Positions 1 through 11,635 of a DNA stretch of 64,000 bases are shown here, in pieces (position 1 is the stretch's first letter; each line of letters starts with the position of its first letter). Below the pieces are notes generated by a model, which had not been told where the DNA came from, ran no database searches, and saw only the letters and a program-made list of their open reading frames with translations. The DNA is from Phaeosaccion multiseriatum (taxonomy: Eukaryota > Protista > Ochrophyta, other classes). The translations under genes and the position numbers were made by a program. The stretch lies in NCBI GenBank assembly GCA_965112735.1, contig OZ218953.1, positions 4,898,001 through 4,962,000 on the forward strand, given 5' to 3'.

Positions 1-1
1 C

Positions 2-2373
2 TGGGAGGGCAATGTGGAACGTGCCGGAGGACCAGAGGGTGGCAGTGGCAATGACGGAGATACACTCATGGCTCTGACTGATGACGAGGAAGATGGTACT
101 GTTGAGAAGCCAAGGCGCGCACACCTCACGTGCGTGAAGTCTCACGTGGGGACTCAGCCTTGTGGACTCACGTTGGCCCCACCCGGTGCATACGATGATG
201 AAGATGTGATCGTCATCCTCATGCTAGATGAAGGTTTGCATGCGCTTGTCAAGGTTCTCCTTCGTCGTGACAGTGGGGTGCTAAGCTGGAAGGGATCATC
301 CGTGCTGATGGGCGGACAGGGAAACACAGAACCCGGAGAGAGCACTGCCAGCGGTACGGCATCGAAAGTACCTTTGTTCAGACCTACGTTCGGCTGCTTC
401 GTGTACAACGCTTTCTTCTTGTCCGACACTGGAAACCAGTGCATTCGAATGATCTCGGACTGCTACGTCTACGCCCAGCACCTCATCCCACTACAACGGA
501 TGTTGAGTGAGGCGTATCAGCTCCAGGGCGAAGACTTGGATGAGAATGGCAAAGACATGCAAAACAACGCACGCACGATGAAGGAGAGCATTGCCAAGCT
601 TCATGTGGTCGACTTGGCTCTCAGTCACATGGGGAAAGCGATATCAGCTGCCACAGGCAAATCCCTGGTCTCTCTCCAGGGCCCTGAAGGAATGCCATCA
701 CGCGAAGTTCGAGGTGCTATCAAGGCGAGCCTGCAGGCACTACCTCGGATGCTACATCGGATGCTTGCAGAGGTGAGAAGGGGGGTGCTCCCCATGGCTG
801 TGTGCGTGTGTGTGCGTGAGTGCGTGAGTAAAAATGTCCGTGTCCGTGGGCGCGTGCGTTTGGAAATCAGCCTTGCCCTTTCGTCTCACGGCTTCGCTGT
901 TCGCTCCTTGCTTGATGCTTCCTCGCTCATTTCCGTCAGCAGGGAGTGCCTCGCGGCATCGTGGAGAAGATGCAGATGAGGAGCGTTTTGACCCTCAATG
1001 TTGAGACTTTCTTCACGAAGCAAAGGGAAGGCCGCCAGGATGTTCCAGACGCTCTTGAGTATGCCCGAAGAAGGGGCCTTGTGATGCTTGAGGCTGCGAA
1101 GAAGGCCAACCCCAGCATGGGTTTTGCCTACTGCACAAGCAGCGTCAACAGCAGCGGTCGAAAGCTCAGGGCGGGATACCAGCTGGAGCAAAACGAGAGC
1201 AGATTGGTGGCTTCACCCGTGTTGAAGCGACCAAGGGTAGCGGAGAAGCTTGACGAAGGGCAACGGAAGCAGCGCAAGAAGGACACGCAGACGCTTCGCA
1301 ATGCGGCGGCTCGTCTTAGGAAGGTTCCGCAGCAGCGTGTAACCAACAAGAGGAAGTACAATGTTGGAGCGGCCCCGCGTTCGGTGGCGTTTGCTCCCAA
1401 CTCTGCGCAAAGCAACGACCCGAGTGGATACCTGTCGCGCTTGCATGAGAGCTCGGGAGCGAGGAAGCGCGGACAGAAAGGACGGAAGACCGGTGAATCC
1501 GTCCGAACTCGCATTCTCTACAGGGCAAATGACGTTGTGATAGTCAGGGCAGACAAGGGGTCGGAGGAGAGCTTTTTTCTTGCACAGCTTCGCGTCGATC
1601 TTCGGAAGGAGGTGATCGTCTCGAAGAAGGGACGAGGCTCCAAGCAGAAGGTGGTTCCGGCAAAGCCTGGTGTTTCATACTTTCACGTCGCTGAACAGGA
1701 CTCTACCGACGAGTCCCAGGACGGGGATGGGGCTGCAGCAGTCGTCTACGAAGTCGACGGCGGGAAAGAGGCTTCTGTGTCTTGTGCTGCCATTTATGGC
1801 GCATTGCCCCGCTACCACGAAGCAATGTACATCGAAGGCTCACATGCAGCTTCAGGAGGGGTGTGCGCGCAGAGAAGGCTTCGGAGGTTTGCCATCACGG
1901 AGGAGCAGCACGAGGAGTGCAAGCAGATTGTCAACAGAGAGGCGGAGGGCCAAGAGGTGGCCAAGGCGATGGGATACGCCCCCCCCGACCCAAGCGTGCA
2001 CATGGGAGAGGACATGTCTGAGGACGATAGCAGTGATGGCGAGCAGGAGGCGCTGAACCTGAGAACACTGCGCAAGAACATCATCGGAAAGGTGGTGGGG
2101 GCGATGTCCTCACGTGGGCGCACGGTAAACAAGCCCGAGAGTTATGGGGCTTTGTCTCGTGGCACGGCAAAAGCAGCAGACTCTAGCTCCAGCGAAGCCA
2201 CTGCATGTCTAGTCTGTCAGAAAGATGTTGACCACGACAAAATGTTGCTATGTGACGGCTGCGATGAGGAGTTTCACACGTACTGCCTGACCCCTCCCCT
2301 CTCTACGCTTCCTGAAGGGGACTGGTATTGTGACGGAGTGAATGCTGCCTGCCCTAGTGGTAAAAGTGACTGA
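2..2373 (+). CDS. 5'-truncated transposase-like protein with an NHL-like repeat, a P/THAP9-like 'TLxVExFF..R' motif, a BAH-like segment and a C-terminal PHD finger (exons <2-772, 943-2373)
   Basis: ORFs 14..979 and 946..2373 join in frame through a phase-0 GT(773)..AG(942) intron. Motifs: FFLSDTGNQCIRMI (NHL-like), QGPEG, SVLTLNVETFFTKQR, YRANDVVIVRA..FFLAQ (BAH-like), CLVC..MLLCDGCDEEFHTYCLTPPL..LPEGDWYC (PHD, 2206-2349). Confidence 0.7.
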
Positions 2374-2639
2374 TTGGCGAGCACAATGTCGATCGGGCCG
2401 TCCGCCGGCTGAGCTAGCGGAGAGCCAGTCAATCACAGGGCGGAGAGGTAGGGGTGCACGGGCAGCAGGTCAGCCAGGCCAGGCAGAGGGTGGACCTTGA
2501 TATACTCCCTTAGGCATACTATACAAGAACTGACGCGAATTAATGGCAATGAAACACGTGTGAGTTGCTTCCTCCGCTCCTAGCCCCCCGCACGCGCACC
2601 CTCCCACCCCCGACCCCGGGGGGGCGAATAGCACAAAAC

Positions 2640-2747
2640 GCCGGCTGGCGCCGGCGATAGCACATAGCACGCCGGCTGGCGCCGGCAATAGCAGATAGCA
2701 CGCCGGCTGGCGCCGGCGATAGCAGATAGCATAATAGCACGTCAGGG
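2640..2747 (+). repeat. 3 x 31-bp tandem subterminal repeat GCCGGCTGGCGCCGGCGATAGCAGATAGCAC plus terminal GTCAGGG
   Basis: Units start at 2640, 2671 and 2702, read directly. Confidence 0.9.
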
Positions 2748-2752
2748 GTCGA

Positions 2753-2790
2753 TCACTCACTCACTCACTCACTCACTCACTCACTCACTC
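2753..2790. repeat. (TCAC)n microsatellite
   Basis: Direct reading; abuts the putative element end. Confidence 0.9.
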
Positions 2791-2910
2791 CGTTCTTCAT
2801 ATTGGAACTGAAACTGAATCCATTTTTTTTTCTCCTCTTCCCCTCTTCCTGCAGTTCATTGAACTGATGTAGGTGCTGTGTCTCCTGTAGCTGCCGCGGT
2901 CACGACGAAA

Positions 2911-5209
2911 ATGGCGGTTGCTGCATGCTTCTTGCTTCTGCCGCTGCTGCTTCTTCCAAGAGTTGGGGCATGGGCCCCTCTCCAGATGGGCCTTTTTTCC
3001 TCTAAAGGCCCCTCTATACCTACCGCCAAGAGCAGAGTGAAGCTCGGGGAGGTAAGGAGGGGGAAGCGTCAGCAGCAAGAAGGGCGAGTTGATTCCTCCA
3101 GCGCCCCCTTCGGTTCGATGACGCCCCCTCTTCCCAACTCCTCTTCTCTTCTCCACTCCCCTCCCCCCCTTTAGCTTGATATTTCCCCATTAGGGTGCGG
3201 CACCTGGGCCTGGGGAAATAAGGCGGTCTGGGGTACGTATATGTGTGTAGACCTTTTGTCTCACCCCTCTTCCTTGTTCTTGCCTGACCCGAACCGCGCT
3301 CACGTCACTGCTGCTTTTTTCGCCCCCTTCAGACTACGACGAGAGCATGGACGCCGAACTCCAGGAAGCATACAACCTCCTGGTGGGCGCGGGTATCAAC
3401 TGGTTTGATACCGCCGACAGCTACGGCACAGGGTCGCTTTCCGGGCAGTCCGAACGTCTGCTGGGCAAGTTCTCGACAGAGAGACCGCAGAACAAGGTGA
3501 ACATTGCGTCCAAGTTCGCGCCGTACCCCTTTCGCATTGGGCCCGGCTCGATGAAGAAAGCGTGCAAGGAGACGTTGGCGCGTATGGGCAGGGATACATT
3601 AGAGGTGAGCTGAGCACTTCCTTCGTAGAGCGAAGGGGTTATATTACTTTGTCCTCGTCCGACCGGCTTCTGCACGTCAGATGAATCGAATGAATGCACG
3701 AGTTGAACCGTACCGCTCTTTGCAAGTGCGCGTATTTGCTGCTCTCTCTCTCCATCGTGAAGCCACGTGAGGATGCAATTATTATCTACATTATCTGACA
3801 GATTATGAACAGAAAAAACAAATCTATTTCCTGATGGCTAAACAGGCGAAGAGGGGACGCAAACAAGTCTCGTTAGGCATCAATGACCGACCGTATGATT
3901 GCTTGTACTCTCCGCTTGACGACTGTGTCCTTGCGCCCCCCGCCACCCTGCCTCCCCGCCTCCCCACCCCCTTTTCGCGCCTCTGCCTGCCTCTGTCTGC
4001 CTCTGCCGCTCCTTCCTGTGCTCCTGGCCTCAGGTTGGGCAGCTTCACTGGAGGCCTCCAGCAGGCTGGCAGGAAGCCGGCTACTGGCAGGGCTTGGCGG
4101 AGCTCAAGAACGAAGGCATCATCAAGGAGGTGGGGCTGTCCAACTACGGACCCAAGATGCTGGCCAAGGCCCACCAAGCGCTCGAGAGGGAAGGCGTCCA
4201 GCTCGCGTCCAATCAGGTGAGCCCCCGCAATACAATGCACACACATAAAGACAGATAGACAGGCAGACAGACAGACAGACAGACACTGAGAGGGAGAGAG
4301 AGAAGACAAGGGCAGGCGTTGCTGTTGTTCGGGCACCGCACTGTTCTCTCTGTCCTAGTTGCTTACACAACATGTCTTCCTCAAGTGTTGAGTGCCTCCC
4401 CCACTCACTCTCTTTCATTTTCTTGTTGTCCTGCTCGCGTCGCTCCTTGCTGAGTGTAGGTCCAATTCAGCCTGCTCTCGAGATTTCCCACGACGAGTGG
4501 GCTCTTCGAGCAGTCGAAAGCGCTGGGGGTGACGAATATAGCATACTCTCCTCTGTGCCTGGGGTTACTGACCGGCAAGGTGAGGAGAAAGAAGTTCGAG
4601 CGTCGGAGCACGCAAGGCTCAACCTCACGATGGTCTTGGCACTGATAGACGGTATTTCCCGCCCATTTTGCTTCTCCTCTTGCCCAACTCTCCTGCAGTA
4701 TGATATGAGCAACATTCCATCGGGGCCTCGAGGGCTCATCTTTCGTCAGCTTCTCCCGACCATGGGGCCGCTGCTGGGCACCTTACGGGAGGTGGCAAAG
4801 ACGAGAGGAAAGAGCATGAGTCAAGTAGCCATCAACTGGGTAAGAAGCAACAACGGAGGGGTAGAATCAAATCAATGATCTTCTCTCGATTCCGTTCGCC
4901 ATCCCGCCCGGGCTTCGCTTGGTGGCTTTCGACTGCTTCCCTCCCTCCTCATTGCCCCACTCGACTCCCGTCTCACTCGCGATACCAACCAACCAATGCA
5001 CCTCCTGACTGGCTCCTTCCGACCCTCCTTCCGCCCAGGCCATTTGCAAAGACACGGTGCCCATCGTCGGAGTCAAGAGCGTCAAGCAAGCCAAGGAGAA
5101 TCTGGGGGCGCTGGGCTGGAGGCTGTCGACCGCAGAGATAGACGAGCTCGAATCCGCCGCCGCCAAGGTTGGCAAACAATCCCTGCAGAATATCTTTGCC
5201 TCCACGTGA
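2911..5209 (+). CDS. Aldo-keto reductase, pyridoxal reductase (PLR1)-like, probably plastid-targeted; exons 2911-3051, 3175-3232, 3333-3604, 4034-4216, 4460-4579, 4699-4839, 5039-5209
   Basis: Spliced frame gives LGCGTWAWGNK, FDTADSYG, GQLHW, VGLSNYG, SNQVQFSLL, AYSPLCLGLLTGK, NLGALGWRL. N-terminal hydrophobic signal followed by VGA-WAP. Confidence 0.9.
3761..3839 (+). ncRNA. Intronic box C/D snoRNA, U34/snR62-like (LSU rRNA 2'-O-methylation guide)
   Basis: Terminal stem AGCCA/TGGCT; C box GTGAGGA 3767-3773; D' CTGA 3795-3798; D CTGA 3831-3834. The 13-nt guide TTATCTACATTAT is complementary to the LSU segment AUAAUGUAGAUAA (recalled yeast 25S sequence). AT-rich island inside intron 3605-4033. 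Confidence 0.8.
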
Positions 5210-6330
5210 GGGAAGGGAGGCGAAAGGAAGGGGTAAGGCCACTTCTACGCTCCGTGCTGCTCTCGCCCGGCGGCATTGCGCGTAATGAGGGCTGGAGGAG
5301 ACGATCCCTTTGCTTAGTCTTGGTTTGCTTTGCTTTCGTAGGGGTCAATGGAGGCCCGGTTTGCGCAACGAAGTAAGTCCATAAATTTTAAAATTAATTT
5401 TAATTTAAAATTATCCCTCTGAACCTGCTCTCTACATTCCGCCCGCGCCAACGAAACGGGCGGCAAAAGGCACACACACACAGAGAGAGAGAGAGCGAGA
5501 GAGTACTTCTCAGTCGATTGGTGTGAAGAGATACATGGGGGGAGGGACAAGACACGCCACACAGCCAACACGAAGACCTGGGCCCCGATGGGACCGGTCC
5601 AGCCTTCCCAAGACCCCCCCCTCGAGAGACACAGGCCTGCACGCCCTGCCTCACCGCCCACCCCTTGTCGAACAGAAGCGTTGCAAGGGTGCAACTTCAA
5701 CTTTAGTCTGTTCTGTTGACGGAGGCAGCCAAGCGCAAGCCCCGGCGTCTCTGGCCAGAGATGGGCGGATGGGCCGGACGTGTGCCGTTCGCCTGAGAGT
5801 CCAATGCCCCGCCCTGCCCAATGTAATGCCCCGCCCTGCCCAATGTTCGCTCCAAGTCGGCCGCTGCTCGCTCTCCTCTACCCTCTCCTTTCGCGGGAGA
5901 GAGCATGGAGATGGGGGCGCATGACAAGGGTGCAAAGCTGCTCTGGGGCTTCGAGCGCTCTCTCACGTCGGAGTGGCACACGTGCCAGAGCGTCCTTCTT
6001 TGGCAGATGGTAGCAGAGGTGCATATGCACGCCTCTAGAATCAAGGTGAGCCGATGGCTGCTTGTCAATTCGGGCCTAACCTGAGAGAGCACCAACTCTC
6101 TCGACTCTCGCGTGCTCGTCATCGGAGGCAGTGGCCAGAGTGCTCCGGCACGGACCACAAAAGGACGGACCACAAAAGGAGTGGGCCGCGAGGGGCAACA
6201 GCAAGGAATCTCCTTCCCCCCCTTCAGGAGCCCTGTCTCTTTCTCACGACTGTTTCCCACCCCTCCACAGCCGCCCCCCCCTGCTTCCCTCGGGACTCTC
6301 TCTGTTGGTGTCCAGCTCTCCTTCCTTCCT

Positions 6331-9300
6331 TCAGTCGGTAGCCCTCGCCACCTTCTTTCTGAGTCGAGCTCGATCTCCGGTCCCGACTCCTCCTCCTCCT
6401 TCTGCTCCTCCTGCATACCCCATTCTCGACCCCATCCTTCCGATTCCTCCTCCAAGGGTGCTGCTGTGAGGCGAGGAGACTTGACCACCGTTGGCCCCCC
6501 TGTATCCTCCTCCGTCCCCCCCCCCTCTCATCTCGAGTGGGGCGGTCGCGGAAACACAAATCGCCGTGAGCACGACAGCCATGAGAGAGAGAAGCACCAG
6601 CCAAAACAAGAGGGGCGTGCCCAGCTGCTCATGCACCGCGTACCCGACGATGAGCTTGGGGCCGACGACCACAATGTCACTCGTGCCGTCGTTGTTAAAG
6701 TCTCCGACCACGGGCCTGCCCACAGGGCTTTGCTGGGCTAGGAACTCCACCCCTGTCAACGGCGGTGAGAGAGCAGGCATCGATCAAGGGGAGAAGGGGG
6801 GGGGGGTGGATGGCATGAATGAGGGTGGGGGGTTAGGCACGGAAAGGGGGGGAAACGACGAAGAGAGGTTGGTTAGTCAGAACACAGCTCTGTGAGAGCG
6901 TGGGATGGAGTAGGCCGAGCACAAAACAATAATAAAGCGAGGTTCGGGAGAAGGAGCCACAAGGCAGACAGGCAGTTTTGTGATTCAGGCTTCATTCACA
7001 AGGGCCTCTCAGGGGGGGGGAGGGGGGGGAGGGGAGAGGAAGGTAAAGACTCACGCGTCACTGAGATCGGAGGAGAGTGAGGCAAAGGGCCTCTTGTCCT
7101 CCTCATCCCTCCCTTCCTTCTCCTCACCTCCCAGCTTGTTGCCCCAGTGCGAATACAGCGCCATGCTCTGCTTGCCCACCACGAGGATGTGCTCGTTTCC
7201 GAGGAGGCGGGGGCCCTCCAGCCCCGGCCGAGGGGCGCGCATAGGAAAGTGCAGCAAGTACCCTGTCGTCCCTCCTCGGAGCCCCACTCCTTCTCCCCCG
7301 CCTCCGCCTCCATCTCCTTCTCTTGCTAGGCTGAGGGCGTCCCACTTTGGGGCATCGCTGTCCTGCCAATTGATGGCCCCTCCACTGTCGTAGCTGGTGA
7401 TGACGCCCTCACTCACGGCGAACACAACATCCTTGTCCGGCAGGAGGGTGGTTCGGTAGCTCCCCTCTCCCACAGGATGGTCCACAATGAGCGGCGTCGC
7501 GGCAGTCACGGCCACCTTCCCTTCCATGACCCTTTCCATGCGACGCAAGTCCTTGCCCTTGTTCCTCCGCCCTGCCGTGCTCGGCTGGGCGTGGTGCCTG
7601 CGGCCCAGCTTGTCTTGAGTTAGGCTGGCTAAAGCGCCCTCTCTATGGCAGAGCGAGCCATTGAAGAGCTGCTCCTGAGGGGGTACTCCACTCGACACAA
7701 GCGTGTAGCAAGACGGGAGGGGATACGGTTTGGTGGAGCTGCTGCCGCCCATCAGGGGCTCTTGGGGCGCCTCCTTGTCTGTTGCTCCTTCGGAAGCACT
7801 CGCCTTGGCGCTCCTCTCTCTCTCCAGCTCCATGGCCCAGTAATTAGACCGCTCGATGACGTGTGCGTGATCAATGACGCCATCACCATTGATGTCCGCG
7901 TACACACCGCTCCCTTCCCCTGCCCTCCTTCCCCTCGTCCTTCCCATTGGTGCTGGCAGCGGTAGCAAGCAGACAGGATGGCCTGTCTTGAGGGAAATTG
8001 CCTCCACCCCTTCACGAGAATGAGCTAGGATAACGTTGGGCGAGGCAATGTGCTCGCTCTCGTCGTGAGGCAAAGTGGCCATGAGCGGCACCGCAACATC
8101 TGAAATGCCGGGGAGGTGCCTTTCGGGGCTTCTTTTCTTCTTCTTCTTCGTCTTCCGCCTCCCACCGCCAGCTGCAGCACTCCTTGCGCCCCCACTCTCC
8201 TTCCCTGCCCTCCCCATTTCCATGCCACCAGACCCATTTCCTTTTGCTGCTGTCCTTGCCTTGCCAGCGTGCTGCGGATCCAGTCGTGCGAGTGTTAGAG
8301 CCGTGTCCTCCAGGCCCCGCCAAGAGTGGGGCAGACCTGCCTCCAGCAACGACTTGCTGAACAACCTCCAGCTGCCAAAGTTTTCCCTCTCCTCCCTTTG
8401 CGCCTCATGGTCAGGTACTTTGTACTGCTGCCTCTTGCTCAGGAGGTGCCCCCTCCTACCCTCCTCGCCTTCACTCTCATCCTCGGTCGCCTGCTTCGCT
8501 TGCTCTTTCCCATCCTGCGGCTGCTCTGTTGTAGAAGAACTGCCCCCTTTCTTTGCGCTACTCCGCGCGGCAGCCCAGTCGCCCCCTTGGTGCGTCCATA
8601 CCACCCTCCCATCCGCCCCTGAGAGTGCGTGTAGACTAAAGTGCTGGGCCGCTTCTCTTTCCCTCTCCTCCTCGTCGATGAGCTGCTGCCTATTGCTCTC
8701 ACTGTCACCCTTCGCATCGTCCTTCCCTACGCCTCCCCGCCCTGTGCTCCTTCCTCTGTCGTCTGTGGCTCTCATACTCCCACCCACGACCACAAGTCCC
8801 AGACTACTCTCCGGCTCGTCGCCAGTACCATCCGCTTGCGTTTGTTGGTCGTCAGGAAAGGCCACTGAGTGCGACGTGATGGTCACCGCGACCTGGTCAA
8901 TCTCGTAGTGTGCACCTAACGCCCCTCTGCCCCTCGATTCTTCGCCTCCAAGCTTCGGCTCTACCCCTCTCGCCCAAACCAGCTCCAAGTTGTGGTCATA
9001 GCAGAGCACCGTCCAATCAGCACGCACAACAACAATGTGCTGCTTCCGGTGCTGGCCTTGAAAGGGTTCAAGGTAGCCTGCCGCAGTAGCCACCGGCCTC
9101 GTCCCCACTGCCAGGCGCAGGTCCATTCCGGACTTGGCTTCCATCAGTACTTTGGCCTCCGCAGGAACATCACCACTTTCATTTGGGTTGGAGACGCCCA
9201 GAACCTGACCATGGAAGGACATATGGGCCGAGTCATACGATGACATACACCGAGCCAAAGAAGGGAGCAAGCAGCGAGGGGGGAGGGGGGGGGCAGTGTT

Positions 9301-9605
9301 CGACTTCCCTCCTCTCACTCTTCACACCACACCCACCCACGTGCACCGACGCTGCAGGTCACACCACTCACCTTCACCGTCCCAGAGTCGTCCACAAAGA
9401 CGATCTCTTTCTCTCCATCACCGTCGAGATCGGTCACTAACGGCGGCGGCGTGAAGACAGCCTCCACCCCCCCCTTACTCGCTTCTGCTGAAACCTGTCG
9501 CAGATATAACCACTGCGGCTTCATCACCACCGTAGAGGACCTTTGTAGGGTCACCAGCCCCGCCACGCACGAGGCCACGAGCACCCCTACATCCCTCGCC
9601 CGCAT
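6331..9605 (-). CDS. FG-GAP/integrin-alpha-like repeat membrane protein; 3 exons (~9605-9372, ~9247-7111, ~6751-6331)
   Basis: Ca-binding FG-GAP-type motifs LVTDLDGDGEKEIV, YADINGDGVIDH, VGDFNNDGTSDIVVV; N-terminal hydrophobic segment and C-terminal TM (LLFWLVLLSLMAVVLTAI). Confidence 0.8.
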
Positions 9606-9728
9606 GGCCGGTCTGCCACCGCCGGCCGCGCCGATCTGCGGTCACAGCTGGCATCTACCACCAACGCGGCAAGGTGGATCCTACAGTTTCGGATTTTGGG
9701 TGCGCCCCCTCCCACAGAACGGCGTGTC

Positions 9729-10590
9729 ATGAGCGTTGAGGAGAAGGCCCCGCACAAGGATAAAGCCAGTGAGGTAGAGGAGGTAGTAGCTGACAGTAGG
9801 GGAGAGGAGAGCGCTGAACTGGTGGTGTGTACGAGCGAATATATCAAGGATGGGCTGCGCTTCGTACCACCATCGCCGCTCAGTTCACACAGTAAGCCTA
9901 GGTAAGCCCCCTGTGCCCTCCGCCCCCCTCTATCACATCGATCTAAGCCCCTTCTCTCACTGTATTAAGGCACCCCGCCGCATGTAGCTCGGCGAAGGTG
10001 CTCCGAGACAGTTGCCGGGAAGCCTTGTCGGGTCTGGAGCGCCGACCGAGAACAGCAGCAGATGGGAGAGGGCTCAAGAACCCATCTTCTCGGGGCAGTC
10101 GACGCCCCGAGACAGTCAATTTTCCTCAACGACAAGCCTCTGCCAAGGCTATTGCAGCTCAAGAGCTTGCATTATCGACGATCCCGTTCAGAGTGAGTGT
10201 TGGACTGTCACTGGAAGAGAGGGCACACTGTATGCATGTATTGGAAGAGTCGTGACCTCGCCAACAATGGTGTAAACCGTTTTTTGTGTGCCGCGTCTTT
10301 TGCAGGATGCGGCAACCTACAGATACGGCCTGCTGCCGGATCAATTTTGTGGACGATGTGAAGACGGCGATACGATTCATCCTGTCGACAAGGTTGACGC
10401 CAAGGTGCGGTGCAGGGGTGAATGTGGCCCCGCAGACAAGCAAATGACAGCAACTAACCTCTCCCCTTTATTGTACGCTCCCTCCAGCTGCCCGTCTCGC
10501 TGGTGCAGATGAGGAAGAGGAAAGCCTTGACACGAGAACTCAGAGAAGGGGAGAGTGCGCAAGAGGTCCTGCCGTGGGACAGCACGCTAA
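9729..10590 (+). CDS. Hypothetical multi-exon protein or degenerate gene; 3' extent uncertain
   Basis: ATG 9729, strong donors (GTAAGC 9902, GTGAGT ~10193, GTAAGT ~10592) with polypyrimidine acceptors. No recognisable domain. Confidence 0.3.
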
Positions 10591-11290
10591 GGTAAGTTTT
10601 ATTTGGGGAGACTGAGCCATCACATGACAATCCAGTAGGGGGGTGGGACAGGGGAGGACTTAGTGGCAGGGCCACTTGCATGACCACGAATCAGGCGGCA
10701 TGCTTTTTGGTATTGGTGCCATGCGATTACCACAAGGGTCTCTTGCTCTGAGCAGCACTCCCCTTGTCTGCTCCTCAAGCTTCGAAGGCCGAGACCCTGC
10801 TAACCACTGCCTGCGTCGTTCGTCTCCTGCTCACCAGGAACGTAACGGGCTCCATTCTGTGGAGGAAAGGAATCCCTCTATTCTGAAGGACTATGGCTGA
10901 CGCACGGCTAATTCAGCTCCAATTGTATAGTTCCACAGTTTCAAAGGCTGATGGTGGGTGGGCCATCTAACTCAAGTCTACAGGTGGACAGTAAGAAACT
11001 CTTAAAAGGCAAGCACTATGTACTTACATCCTCTCCTCCCGGCCTCAAGTGCGCTCATGTGACGCCGGCCAATTCCAAAAGTTGCACCCATTCGAGGAGA
11101 GACGCTGTCTCTCCCCGCCAAGACAGTATTAGAGAGCAGACCCGCTCCTCGGGCGCGGCAGCCCCCCCGTCCCCCTTCATTGGTTCCCCCATACGCCTGC
11201 GGATGGTATGGTCCGCCCCCCCCCTCCAATTCAAGGTTCGCAAACTGGACTGCCTCTGCCTTCCCCACCGGTGCGAAGGTCGATTCCTCC

Positions 11291-11591
11291 CTACTCCTTC
11301 ATGACGAGCTGTACCTTGAGCGTCCCTCTTTCCTGTGCCTTGGCAATCGCTTGGTGCACCTCCTCCAGCGGGAAGCTTGCCGACACATACTTGGACACAT
11401 CCACTCTGTCCTCTTTCGCTGCCTCAGTGCCACTTGGGGCAAGTAACTGGATGGCCTTTGCAAACGGCCCGCAGCGAGAGCCCACGAGACGCAGCTCGTC
11501 GATCACAAAGGGGGCGCAGTCAAAGCCCGCCGCCGCCGCACACGTGCTCTTCAAAACCAGCGTTCCCATTGGCTGGGTAAGCATGCGAGAG

Positions 11592-11635
<44 letters not shown>

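Larger units (their letters stand above)
1..2747 (+). mobile_element. 3' portion of a putative cut-and-paste DNA transposon (left end outside the window), ending in subterminal repeats and a ...ATAGCACGTCAGGG terminus
   Basis: Transposase-like ORF followed by three 31-bp repeats. The same repeat and an identical terminal ATAGCACGTCAGGG recur at 42522-42600, and the flanks diverge right after CAGGG. Degenerate copies lie at ~36156 and ~47340. Confidence 0.65.

Noticed and set aside
2640-2732. 31-bp repeats as a CRISPR array
   Set aside because: The units are directly adjacent with no unique spacers, there are no cas genes, and the context is eukaryotic.
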